From an uncultured Bacilli bacterium (GTDB lineage Bacteria > Bacillota_I > Bacilli_A > ML615J-28 > CAG-313): a stretch of 64,000 nucleotides of DNA. The stretch covers positions 21,485 through 85,484 of the forward strand of contig CANQDG010000001.1 of NCBI GenBank assembly GCA_947591495.1, in the 5' to 3' direction. The notes beneath the pieces were generated by a model that saw only the letters and a program-made list of their open reading frames with translations, did no database searches and was not told where the DNA came from. Both the position numbers and the translations under genes were made by a program. Each line of letters starts with the position of its first letter. Positions within the stretch are counted from its first letter, which is position 1. Shown piece by piece: positions 21,855-31,255 of the stretch.

Positions 21855-22544
21855 ATGAAAAAGCGACACAAATACATTTTATTTTTATTTTTGACTTTTA
21901 TTATTCTAGGCTTTATGAGCTTTTTTTCGGTTAAAACGGTTATAGCTCATCAAGCAAAAAATGAAATTTTAATCTATTTAGATGCAGGTCATGGTGGTTT
22001 TGATGGTGGTGCTACTAGTTATGATGAACATACAATTGAAAAAGATATAACTTTAAAGACGTGTTTATATTTAAAATCTTATTTAGAAAAAACCGGTTTT
22101 AAAGTAAAAATGACAAGAACTACTGATAAAGCTTTAGCTAAAAATAAAAGAGATGACATTTTAAAAAGAGTTAGTTTGATTAATAAATCAAAATGTAATA
22201 TATATATATCAATTCATGCTAATGCTTATCCTAGTAAAACAGTCAAAGGAGCTCAAACTTTTTTTACTACTCGTTATGATGAAAACTTATTACTAGCGAC
22301 GAAAATTATGAATTATTTATATACAGTTGATGCAACTAATCAAAGAGTTGCTAAAGAATTAAATGGGAAATATTTGCTAGATAACACTAATAAAATTGGT
22401 TGCTTAGTTGAACTAGGATTTCTAACAAATGAGTTAGATTTAGTTTTACTTACAAGTGATGATGGTTTAGCTAAAGTGGCATCTTTGATTTATTTGGGTA
22501 TTCTAGACTATTTAGAGGAACAAAATGGAAAAACTAATGATTAA
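21855..22544 (+). CDS. cwlD: N-acetylmuramoyl-L-alanine amidase (Amidase_3), CwlD-like
   Basis: TM anchor, then ILIYLDAGHGGFDGGA...YISIHANA zinc-ligand motifs. Size is about 230 aa as for CwlD. Confidence 0.65.
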   Translation: MKKRHKYILFLFLTFIILGFMSFFSVKTVIAHQAKNEILIYLDAGHGGFDGGATSYDEHTIEKDITLKTCLYLKSYLEKTGFKVKMTRTTDKALAKNKRDDILKRVSLINKSKCNIYISIHANAYPSKTVKGAQTFFTTRYDENLLLATKIMNYLYTVDATNQRVAKELNGKYLLDNTNKIGCLVELGFLTNELDLVLLTSDDGLAKVASLIYLGILDYLEEQNGKTND

Positions 22545-23007
22545 AATTAAAAGTGTTGAAGAAATGCAAAAGTTAGCATATGACTTAACGATGGCCGCGA
22601 CACCATCAACGGTCATTGCTTTAAATGGTGATTTAGGAGCTGGGAAAACAACTTTTACTAAAGGTGTTGGTCTAGCACTAGGAATAAAAAGAATTATTAA
22701 TAGTCCCACTTTTACGATTATGAAAACTTATGATGTAACTAATAATCACCATCATATTAAAACTTTATATCATTTAGATGTATACCGTTTAAATGATAGT
22801 CATGAAGATTTTGAATTAGAAGAATACTTTTATCAAGATGGCCTAACTATAATTGAATGGGCTCATATTATTCAAGATCTTTTACCGAATAACACTTGGT
22901 ATATTGATATTTATCGACTAGATGATACAACTAGAAAATTAGTCTTGACCAATATGCCAACTAACGTTTTAAAAGCAGTAGAGGAAAAATATGAAATTAT
23001 TTATTGA
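22525..23007 (+). CDS. tsaE: tRNA t6A37 biosynthesis ATPase TsaE
   Basis: P-loop NGDLGAGKTTFTKG. Lies in a tsaE-tsaB-rimI-tsaD cluster. Confidence 0.85.
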   Translation: MEKLMIKIKSVEEMQKLAYDLTMAATPSTVIALNGDLGAGKTTFTKGVGLALGIKRIINSPTFTIMKTYDVTNNHHHIKTLYHLDVYRLNDSHEDFELEEYFYQDGLTIIEWAHIIQDLLPNNTWYIDIYRLDDTTRKLVLTNMPTNVLKAVEEKYEIIY

Positions 23008-23590
23008 TAGTTCAACTAATTATTTATATTTAGCAATTGTAGATGAAGATGAAATTGCAACCCTTGTTCGTAGTAGTAAAAATGATCACTCGGAAACGCT
23101 AGTTGATACGCTTAAAAATTTTTTAGATACTAATCATATCTTAATAGATGAAATTGATAGTATCTATGTTGGAAGAGGACCAGGATCTTATACGGGGGTA
23201 AGAATATCAGGCACAATTGCGAAAGTCTTAGCCCTTATTAAAAAAATAAAACTATATAGCTTTTCAACGCTTGATTTATTAATGGTTTCGGCCTTAACCA
23301 AAGAAAATATAGACGAAACTTACTACCTTGCGAAAATTATCGCTAAAAAAAATTATAGTTATTATAAAACCGCTAAAGTTGAAAAACAAGATTTGCACCT
23401 ATTATCAGATGATGCTTTCACAAATGATGAAGCACTAGATAAATTTACTAATTATCAGTTAATTGAACCAACCGAAAGTTTATTTAAAAAACCACAATTA
23501 TCACTAAATTTACTCAAATATCAATTATACAAAGAAGAAGATGTTTATAGTTATGTGCCAAACTACCTACGAAGTGAAATCAATGGTTAA
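22991..23590 (+). CDS. tsaB: tRNA t6A37 biosynthesis protein TsaB
   Basis: YeaZ-like N-terminus (LFIDSST...VGRGPGSYTGVRI). Confidence 0.8.
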   Translation: MKLFIDSSTNYLYLAIVDEDEIATLVRSSKNDHSETLVDTLKNFLDTNHILIDEIDSIYVGRGPGSYTGVRISGTIAKVLALIKKIKLYSFSTLDLLMVSALTKENIDETYYLAKIIAKKNYSYYKTAKVEKQDLHLLSDDAFTNDEALDKFTNYQLIEPTESLFKKPQLSLNLLKYQLYKEEDVYSYVPNYLRSEING

Positions 23591-24014
23591 AATAAGCCCC
23601 TTAACAAAAGCCGATATTAAAGCGGTAGTCTTATTAGAGGAGGCTTTTTTAAAAGAAACTTTAGGTGAAGAACTTTTAGAATCAGAATTAAATAGTAATA
23701 TTACTAAATTTTACGTTGCTAAAATCGATAATAAAGTAGTAGGCTATATTGGTAGATATGCTTATTTAGATGAGGCTGAAATTTTGAATTTTGTGGTTGA
23801 TGAAAAATATCAAAGAAAAGGAATCGGTCAAAGTTTGTTTGATCAAATTAAAAAGGATTTGCCAACTTTAAAACGCATAACATTAGAAGTTAGACCATCT
23901 AATGCTAAAGCTATTAATTTTTATACTAAAAATGGTTTTCAAAATATTAGTATACGTAAGAACTATTATCAAAATGGTGAAGATGCATTAGTATTAATGA
24001 AGGAGTATCTATGA
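23583..24014 (+). CDS. rimI: ribosomal-protein-alanine N-acetyltransferase (GNAT)
   Basis: GNAT acetyl-CoA motif QRKGIGQSLF. Canonical position between tsaB and tsaD. Confidence 0.7.
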   Translation: MVKISPLTKADIKAVVLLEEAFLKETLGEELLESELNSNITKFYVAKIDNKVVGYIGRYAYLDEAEILNFVVDEKYQRKGIGQSLFDQIKKDLPTLKRITLEVRPSNAKAINFYTKNGFQNISIRKNYYQNGEDALVLMKEYL

Positions 24015-24961
24015 AAATATTAGCAATTGAATCAAGTTGTGATGAAACAAGTGTAGCCGTTGTTGAAGATGGCAAAAAAGTTTTAACTAATGTTGTTTAT
24101 ACCCAAGAAATTCATAAATTATATGGAGGAGTTGTCCCCGAGGTTGCTAGCAGACGTCATATTGAGAAAATAACTTATGTTTTAGATGCCGCAATGACAG
24201 AAGCTAAATTATCATATGATGATATCGATATGATAGCAGTAACCGCCGAACCGGGTTTAATAGGTTCATTGATGGTTGGAGTAAATGCAGCAAAAACTAT
24301 TGGAATGGCCTATCAAAAGCCCGTAATAATGGTAAATCATATCTATGGTCATATTTATGCTAACTATTTAGAAAGTGATTTTCTTTTTCCGCTTGTTGCG
24401 TTAGTTGTATCAGGTGGCCATACCGAACTTGTTTTAATGAATGACCATTTCCAATTTGAAGTTTTAGGGGAAACCTTAGATGATGCGGTGGGCGAGGCTT
24501 ATGATAAAGTCGCAAGAGTTGTAGGCGTAGGTTATCCTGGTGGCCCTATTTTAGATAAAATGGCCAAACTTGGTAAACCAACTTATAAATTGCCACATAT
24601 TAAACTTGCTAAAGACAGTTATAATTTTAGTTTTTCGGGCTTAAAATCAGCTGTGATTAACCTTAGCAATAAAGCCAAAGATCGAAATGAGACTTTAGAT
24701 AATAATGATCTAGCCGCTAGTTTCCAAGATGCTGTCGTTGATGTTTTAGTTAGTAAAACCGTAATGGCTGCTACCAATTATAATGCTAAACAAGTTTTAC
24801 TTGCAGGAGGCGTTGCGGCTAATAGTGGCCTACGCGAAAAAATGCAAGAAGCAATGGATCAATTAAAAATCCGTCTTACTTATCCATCCATTAAAAATTG
24901 TACTGATAATGCAGCAATGATCGCTGTTGCAGGTTATTTTCAAGCCAAAGCGATGAAATAA
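24011..24961 (+). CDS. tsaD: tRNA N6-adenosine threonylcarbamoyltransferase TsaD
   Basis: Kae1/YgjD motifs (ILAIESSCDETSVAV; HIYGHI; SGGHTEL; GGVAANSGLR). Confidence 0.9.
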   Translation: MKILAIESSCDETSVAVVEDGKKVLTNVVYTQEIHKLYGGVVPEVASRRHIEKITYVLDAAMTEAKLSYDDIDMIAVTAEPGLIGSLMVGVNAAKTIGMAYQKPVIMVNHIYGHIYANYLESDFLFPLVALVVSGGHTELVLMNDHFQFEVLGETLDDAVGEAYDKVARVVGVGYPGGPILDKMAKLGKPTYKLPHIKLAKDSYNFSFSGLKSAVINLSNKAKDRNETLDNNDLAASFQDAVVDVLVSKTVMAATNYNAKQVLLAGGVAANSGLREKMQEAMDQLKIRLTYPSIKNCTDNAAMIAVAGYFQAKAMK

Positions 24962-24986
24962 TAAATATTTTAAAAGGGAAAAAACA

Positions 24987-25391
24987 ATGAAAATAAAATT
25001 AAATGAGATAATAAATGCTTTATATTTTGCTAATAGCGAATATGATGAAATGGCTTTATTAGATACACAAACTTATGAAATAATATATATTACAAGTGAT
25101 TTTAAATTAAGTGAAGCTGAAATTGATGAGTTATATGATCATTGTTTAGTGCTTCCTAGTAGATATGATATTAATGAATATCATATGATACAACACTTTG
25201 TTGCATCAATTGAAGACGATCAAACCTATAATAGATTAGTTAAAGCCATTACTGGCCGTGGTGCTTTTAGAAGATTTAAAGATGAATGTTTTTATTTAGG
25301 TATTATTAATGATTGGTATAAATTTCGAGATGAAAAATATAAACAAATCGCAATTGATTGGTGTGAAGAAAATCACATAGAATATGAATAA
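24987..25391 (+). CDS. hypothetical protein (UPF0158-like)
   Basis: 134-aa ORF with an AAGGGA RBS. No catalytic motifs. Confidence 0.4.
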   Translation: MKIKLNEIINALYFANSEYDEMALLDTQTYEIIYITSDFKLSEAEIDELYDHCLVLPSRYDINEYHMIQHFVASIEDDQTYNRLVKAITGRGAFRRFKDECFYLGIINDWYKFRDEKYKQIAIDWCEENHIEYE

Positions 25392-25440
25392 AAAACAAGA
25401 CTTATCAACATTTTGCAATAAGCAATTGAATTGAATAAAA

Positions 25441-25469
25441 AAAGTAGATGTGGTATAATAACTTTGTAA
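25441..25469 (+). promoter_or_regulatory. sigma-A type promoter for pckA operon
   Basis: TTGAAT, a 17-bp spacer, then the extended -10 TGgTATAAT. Confidence 0.7.
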
Positions 25470-25518
25470 AATTTGGTTTTTTTATAAAAATCAATATTTA
25501 TAAAGTAAATAAGCGTTT

Positions 25519-25603
25519 GATGTATATGAATGCGCGAATAATAAAATACCGATTGCTACGAACGCAAAGAGGATACATCAGTATGCTTTTTGCGTTTTTA
25601 ATT
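25519..25603 (+). promoter_or_regulatory. pckA leader: intrinsic-terminator hairpin with upstream complementary segment (candidate attenuator)
   Basis: Stem ACGCAAAGAG (25562-25571) pairs with CTTTTTGCGT (25586-25595), followed by TTTTTAATTT. The 14-nt loop contains ATACATC, which is complementary to GATGTAT at 25519-25525. Confidence 0.5.
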
Positions 25604-25639
25604 TAGTTAAAAAAATAAAAATAAATAGAGGAGGCCATT

Positions 25640-27274
25640 ATGGCAACAAAAAACAATTTACCTATGAGCGAAATCGGTGCTCAAAACAAAAAGGTTTATA
25701 GCCGTATTCGTACAACGATTGAAACTGCATTTTATCGTAATAATGTAGTTGAAGTAACAAGTCTTGCTCAAGCATATGAACTTGCAAAAAATTCTACTGG
25801 AACAATTGTAACTGATCAACCAGTTGTTAGTCCTGAAAAATTTGGTTTACCAAAAGATGCTAAAGTTTTACTTTATAATGATGGTAGAGTAACAGGACGT
25901 CAAGCTAAACTTCGTCGTCTAGTTGATGAAACTAATGTAGAAGATTATGCTGGTTATGTACGTGAAGTAGTATTTGCATCACGTAACAAAAAAATGTATC
26001 ATGCTCAAGCATATGTAGGACTTGACAAAAAGTTTATGTTAAAGGCTCATTTACTTGTTCCTGAAGGATATGAAAATACCCTTTATTCTTGGATTTTAAA
26101 TTTCCAAGCTGTTGATAAAGAATATACTAAAATGTATAATGATTCTTTAGTTCTTGATGAAGGTGATATATATATTTATTCAGATCCTGATATGTTAACA
26201 GATCGTTTCCCAGAAGGTCTTGCTTTATTTGATCAAGCTCACAACTGTGCAATGCTTTGTGGTATGAGATATTTTGGTGAACACAAAAAAGGAACTCTTA
26301 CACTTGCTTGGAGTATTGCAGAAAGAAATGGTTATACAGCTTGCCATGGTGGCCAAAAACGTTTCAATTTCAAAGATGGTTCATCAACTGTAATTGGCGT
26401 ATTCGGTCTATCTGGTTCAGGTAAATCAACTATTACTTTATCAAATCATGGTGGTAAACTTGATACAACTGTTTTACATGATGATGCATTTATTATTTCA
26501 AATAAAGATTGCTCATCAATTTCACTTGAACAATCATATTTTGATAAAACACAAGATTATCCACTTGATAATCCTCAATCTAAATATTTCTTAACAGTTC
26601 AAAATTGTGGTGCAACAAGAAATAGTGAAGGTAAAATTGTTTTAGTAACTGAAGATGTTTGTTGTGGCAATGGTCGGACAGTTAAATCTGTTTTAGCTAC
26701 AAGTAATCGTGAATATGCTTTTAATACTCCGGTTGATGCAATATTCTGGATTATGAAAGATAAATCACTTCCTCCTGTTGTTAAAGTAAATGATCCAGCT
26801 CTTGCTTCAGTAATGGGTGCAACTCTTGCAACAATGCGTTCAACTGCTGAACAAGTATCAGCTGATGAATTAAATAAATTAGTCTTTGTTCCATATGCTA
26901 ATCCATTTAGACTATATGAATTACATAAAGATTATGAACACTTTAAACAATTATTTGAAGAAAAACACGTTGATTGCTATATCATCAATACTGGTTTCTT
27001 CTTAGATACTAAAGTTACACCAAAAGTAACACTTGGTTTAATTGAAGAAATTGTTCAACATCAAGCTAAATTTGTTCCATTTGGACCATTTACTCAACTT
27101 GAATATTTACCACTTGAAGGCTATGAAGTAAACTTTGGTGACAAAGCATATCTTGACCTTGTTAAAACTCAAATGGCTTCAAGACTTGAATATGTTAATA
27201 GCTTAAAAGGCACTCGTGAAGAATTACCTGAAGATGCTGTTAATGCTATCAAAAAAGTAACTACTGAATGCTAA
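25640..27274 (+). CDS. pckA: phosphoenolpyruvate carboxykinase (ATP)
   Basis: GLSGSGKSTIT kinase-1a motif in a 544-aa ATP-dependent PEPCK-length protein. RBS GAGGAGG. Confidence 0.9.
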   Translation: MATKNNLPMSEIGAQNKKVYSRIRTTIETAFYRNNVVEVTSLAQAYELAKNSTGTIVTDQPVVSPEKFGLPKDAKVLLYNDGRVTGRQAKLRRLVDETNVEDYAGYVREVVFASRNKKMYHAQAYVGLDKKFMLKAHLLVPEGYENTLYSWILNFQAVDKEYTKMYNDSLVLDEGDIYIYSDPDMLTDRFPEGLALFDQAHNCAMLCGMRYFGEHKKGTLTLAWSIAERNGYTACHGGQKRFNFKDGSSTVIGVFGLSGSGKSTITLSNHGGKLDTTVLHDDAFIISNKDCSSISLEQSYFDKTQDYPLDNPQSKYFLTVQNCGATRNSEGKIVLVTEDVCCGNGRTVKSVLATSNREYAFNTPVDAIFWIMKDKSLPPVVKVNDPALASVMGATLATMRSTAEQVSADELNKLVFVPYANPFRLYELHKDYEHFKQLFEEKHVDCYIINTGFFLDTKVTPKVTLGLIEEIVQHQAKFVPFGPFTQLEYLPLEGYEVNFGDKAYLDLVKTQMASRLEYVNSLKGTREELPEDAVNAIKKVTTEC

Positions 27275-27311
27275 TCAATAAAAATAAAAAACAATCTTAA
27301 GGAGAATCACA

Positions 27312-28721
27312 ATGGGTGTTAAAATTGTTGATACTTGTTTAAGAGATGGACATCAATCATTACTTGCTACACGTCTTGCAACTGAAGATATTCTTCCAGT
27401 TGCAAGTCTTCTTGATAAGGCCGGTTATTATGCCTTAGAAGTTTGGGGTGGTGCAACTTTTGATGCATGTCTACGTTTCTTAAATGAAGATCCATGGGAA
27501 AGATTACGTTTAATTCGTAAAGCTTGTCCTAATACAAAATTACAAATGTTATTTAGAGGTCAAAATATTTTAGGGTATCGCCATTATTCTGATGAACTTG
27601 TTGAAAAATTTGTTCAAAAATCGCTTGAAAATGGTATTAATATCATTAGAGTATTCGATGCTTTAAATGACTTACGTAATTTAAAAAGTGCAGTAGATGC
27701 AACAAATAAATATAAAAAGCAATATGATGGTCATTGCCAAATAGCTTTATCTTATACTACTAGCCCCGTTCACACAATTGATTATTTTGTTAACCTTGCA
27801 ATTGAAGTTGAAAAAATGGGCGCCGATTCTATTTGTATTAAAGATATGGCCGGCGTTTTATTACCAAATGATGCTTATGAACTTGTATCAAGAATTAAGG
27901 CGAAAGTTAAAATACCATTAGAACTTCATACTCACTGTACGGGTGGGGTTGCGGAAATGACGATAATGAGAGCAATTGAGGCTGGTATTGATATTGTTGA
28001 TACAGCTTTATCACCACTTTCAGGTGGTACAAGTCAACCTTGCACAGAAGCTTTAGAATATGTTTTACAAGGAACTAAATATGATCCAGGTCTTAATCTT
28101 GAATATTTAAAAAAGGCATGCGATTTATTAACAGTTGTTAAAGATCGTTTCCTTGCTAATGGTGGTTTAAACCCTAAAGCTTTAACTACTAATCCTAATA
28201 TCTTAAAATATCAAGTTCCAGGTGGTATGCTTTCTAACCTTATGAGTCAATTAAAAGGTCAAGGAGCAATGGATAAATACGAAGAAGTTTTAAATGAAAT
28301 TCCACGTGTGCGAAAAGACTTAGGTTATCCACCACTTGTTACTCCTCTTTCACAAATGGTAGGAACGCAAGCTGTTATGAATGTTATTAGTGGCGAACGT
28401 TATAAAATGAGTCCTGGTGAGGTTAAAGCATATTTAAGAGGAGAATATGGTAAAGCTCCAGCTGAAGTAAATGAAGAAGTACGGAAGAAAATTATCGGTG
28501 ATGCACCAATAATTACACATCGTCCTGCTGATGATATTGCCCCTGAATTTGATGCAATGAAAGCTAAATATGGATCAATTGTTAAATCAGATGAAGATGT
28601 TTTATCTTGTGCCTTATTTGAAAATGTTGCCGTTAAATTTTTAGAAGCTAAAAATAATCCTAAACCTACAGTATCTGAAGAAAAAGATGAAGTAGAAGAA
28701 TTTGAAGTATTAATAGGGTAG
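27312..28721 (+). CDS. oadA: oxaloacetate decarboxylase alpha-type carboxyltransferase (5S/HMGL-like domain only, no biotinyl domain)
   Basis: IVDTCLRDGHQS opening and a TIM-barrel carboxyltransferase. The protein ends without an AMKM-type lipoyl/biotinyl domain. RBS AAGGAG. Confidence 0.8.
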   Translation: MGVKIVDTCLRDGHQSLLATRLATEDILPVASLLDKAGYYALEVWGGATFDACLRFLNEDPWERLRLIRKACPNTKLQMLFRGQNILGYRHYSDELVEKFVQKSLENGINIIRVFDALNDLRNLKSAVDATNKYKKQYDGHCQIALSYTTSPVHTIDYFVNLAIEVEKMGADSICIKDMAGVLLPNDAYELVSRIKAKVKIPLELHTHCTGGVAEMTIMRAIEAGIDIVDTALSPLSGGTSQPCTEALEYVLQGTKYDPGLNLEYLKKACDLLTVVKDRFLANGGLNPKALTTNPNILKYQVPGGMLSNLMSQLKGQGAMDKYEEVLNEIPRVRKDLGYPPLVTPLSQMVGTQAVMNVISGERYKMSPGEVKAYLRGEYGKAPAEVNEEVRKKIIGDAPIITHRPADDIAPEFDAMKAKYGSIVKSDEDVLSCALFENVAVKFLEAKNNPKPTVSEEKDEVEEFEVLIG

Positions 28722-28729
28722 GTGATAAA

Positions 28730-29476
28730 ATGAAAAAAATTTTTAAAGCATTATCGCTTGTCTTAATTTTAATGATGATGATTACTTTAACTTCTTGCAA
28801 AAAAGAAAATTCTAAAATTAAACCAGCTGATCATCAAATTACAGCTGACAACTTTATTTATTATGATGAAAGCCATAGTAAAGATGATTACGTTTTTATT
28901 GGTTATTTTGATGGTGATGATAAAATATATTTAGAAGCAACTGCTGATTTTAAGTATAGTGCTTCTTATCAACCAATCTATTCAAAGATATCAAAAGATG
29001 GTTCGGTTAATGTGCCTAATATCGTTGTAAAAGGGAAAATATTTAAAGGTCTCTTTACTGAAAAAATGGAAAAGCAAGATGATGGCACAGAAAAAATGGT
29101 AATCGATGATAAAGGGAACCCAGTATTAACAAGAGTAACTGAAATAACTGATGAAATAACTAAAAAAGGAGTTTTAACAGTTGAATTTATCACTTATGGT
29201 AATGCAGGTTTAATTGCTTTAGTATGTATTGTTATTGTTTTCTTAATGCTTGCTTTAATATGGGGAATTGTTTCCTTATTTAGATTTTTCCCACAAAAGA
29301 AAGTTAAAACAGACGATAAAACAAATAAAAGCCAAGTAATAGAAACGAAAAAAGTATTTACAATGGCAGATATAAAAGATGACGATATGATGGCTGCAGC
29401 TTTAGTTGCAACAATCGATTATCATAACGAAACAGGCGAAAATGTTCGTGTTGTTTCAGTTAAACAAATAGGATAG
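28730..29476 (+). CDS. lipoprotein-extended OadG-like gamma subunit
   Basis: Lipobox LTSCKK. The C-terminal ~80 aa (TM helix, then FRFFPQ...MMAAALVATIDYH) resemble the OadG/MmdD TM-FFPE-AAI..HH signature. Confidence 0.55.
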   Translation: MKKIFKALSLVLILMMMITLTSCKKENSKIKPADHQITADNFIYYDESHSKDDYVFIGYFDGDDKIYLEATADFKYSASYQPIYSKISKDGSVNVPNIVVKGKIFKGLFTEKMEKQDDGTEKMVIDDKGNPVLTRVTEITDEITKKGVLTVEFITYGNAGLIALVCIVIVFLMLALIWGIVSLFRFFPQKKVKTDDKTNKSQVIETKKVFTMADIKDDDMMAAALVATIDYHNETGENVRVVSVKQIG

Positions 29477-29486
29477 GAGAAAAAAC

Positions 29487-29837
29487 ATGAAAGTTTATAA
29501 AGTTAAAGTAAATGGTAAAGTTTACGAAGTAGAATTAGAAAGTGTTACTGAAAGCGCAGCTAAAATTTCTGCACCTAATCCAGAAACTTCTAAAGTTCAA
29601 AATACAACTGTTACAAATGGTGAAGGTAGTCCTCTTAATGCACCAATGGCTGGAACAATCTTAGATGTTAAAGTTAAAGTAGGCGATACAATTAAAGAAG
29701 GCGATGTCGTTTGTATTTTAGAAGCGATGAAATTAGAAAATGAAGTAGTAGCTCAGACATCAGGTGTGGTAAAATCAATTGCTGTAGCAAAAGGTGATAG
29801 CGTATCTAATGGTCAACTTTTAGTAGTAATCGGGTAA
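29487..29837 (+). CDS. biotin carboxyl carrier protein of Na+-decarboxylase (stand-alone biotinyl domain)
   Basis: Biotinyl-lysine motif EAMKLENEV within a ~70-aa lipoyl-like fold, after an Ala/Pro linker. Confidence 0.8.
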   Translation: MKVYKVKVNGKVYEVELESVTESAAKISAPNPETSKVQNTTVTNGEGSPLNAPMAGTILDVKVKVGDTIKEGDVVCILEAMKLENEVVAQTSGVVKSIAVAKGDSVSNGQLLVVIG

Positions 29838-29843
29838 TTACTT

Positions 29844-31022
29844 ATGGAAATGATCAAAGATTTATTTGAAAATTTCTACAAGCAAATGGGATTTTTAAAT
29901 GAAGGGCAGTTTGATCCACTTAGTTTTGTTTTTAGACTAATTATGATTGTGGTAGCATGTTTACTAATATATCTTGCTATTGCTAAAGGCTTTGAACCTT
30001 ATTTATTAATTCCAATTGGTGTAGGTATGTTACTAGTTAATCTTGCACCAGCTTTATATAGTGCAGGTGATAATGGTGAAGCAGCAGGTTTATTACGCAC
30101 TTTACATTTAGGAGTTGAATGGGAAATTTTTCCACCACTTATCTTTTTAGGAATTGGCGCAACTACTGATTTTGGACCATTAATTTCTAGACCTAGTAGC
30201 TTGATTCTTGGTGCTGCAGCTCAACTTGGCATTTTTATTACTTTCCTTGGTGCTATTTTCCTTGGCTTTAATGCTTTAGAAGCAGCTTCAATTGGTATTA
30301 TTGGAGGAGCAGATGGACCAACTGCCATTTTCCTTTCTAATAAATTATTAAATGGAGCAGATGGTGGACAAATGCTTTGTGCAACCATTGCCGTTGTGGC
30401 TTATTCATATATGGCTTTAGTTCCAATTATTCAACCTCCAATTATCAAACTTCTTACTACTAAAAAAGAACGTCAAATTAAAATGGTTGAAGCACGAAAA
30501 GTATCAAAAGGTGAAAAAATTCTTTTCCCTGTTGTTGTTATGGTAGTAGTAATTACGTTAATTCCATCTTGTGCACCATTAATTGGTATGTTAATGTTAG
30601 GTAATTTAATTAAAGAATCAGGCGTTGTACCAAACTTAGTTGATGCAGCATCTAAAACATTGCTATATGCTATTACTATTTTCTTAGGCTTATCTGTTGG
30701 AGCAACAGCTACCTTAAATGGCCCTGAAGATGCTTTAAATTTTGTTAAGATTCTAGCATTAGGTATGGTAGCTTTCAGTATTGCTACTGCAGGTGGTGTT
30801 TTAGTTGGTAAATTAATGTGTAAATTATCAGGTGGTAAAGTTAATCCTATGATTGGTGCTGCTGGTGTATCGGCTGTACCAATGGCTGCTAGAGTAGTTC
30901 ATAAAATTGGTCTTGAAGAAGACAAATCTAATTACTTATTAATGCATGCAATGGGACCAAATGTTGCAGGTGTTATAGGTAGTGCGGTAGCAGCAGGTTT
31001 ATTACTTAGTATTTTAGGATAA
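29844..31022 (+). CDS. oadB: Na+-translocating decarboxylase beta subunit (OadB/GcdB/MmdB family)
   Basis: 392-aa polytopic membrane protein with the characteristic N-terminus (FDPLSFVFRLIMIVVACLLIYLAI) and the conserved GGADGPTAIF region. Confidence 0.85.
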   Translation: MEMIKDLFENFYKQMGFLNEGQFDPLSFVFRLIMIVVACLLIYLAIAKGFEPYLLIPIGVGMLLVNLAPALYSAGDNGEAAGLLRTLHLGVEWEIFPPLIFLGIGATTDFGPLISRPSSLILGAAAQLGIFITFLGAIFLGFNALEAASIGIIGGADGPTAIFLSNKLLNGADGGQMLCATIAVVAYSYMALVPIIQPPIIKLLTTKKERQIKMVEARKVSKGEKILFPVVVMVVVITLIPSCAPLIGMLMLGNLIKESGVVPNLVDAASKTLLYAITIFLGLSVGATATLNGPEDALNFVKILALGMVAFSIATAGGVLVGKLMCKLSGGKVNPMIGAAGVSAVPMAARVVHKIGLEEDKSNYLLMHAMGPNVAGVIGSAVAAGLLLSILG

Positions 31023-31040
31023 TAAAACCATTTAGATTAT

Positions 31041-31075
31041 AAAGGGGTATAAAGGATTGTTTACCCCTTTTTTAT
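31041..31075 (+). terminator. intrinsic terminator after the oad operon
   Basis: AAAGGGGTA...TACCCCTTT hairpin followed by TTTTATT. Confidence 0.75.
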
Positions 31076-31255
31076 TAAAGTTATATCTAAACTAAAAATG
31101 CATCTTTATAGGGTGCATTTTTAGTTTATCCTTATTATAGTTTGTAGAAAGCGTTTACATTGGGTAAAATATAAAAAATATATTTTTTTATGTTATAATG
31201 TTAAAAACATATAATTATACAAATATGTTTATAATTTTGAAAGGGGATTTAAAAA

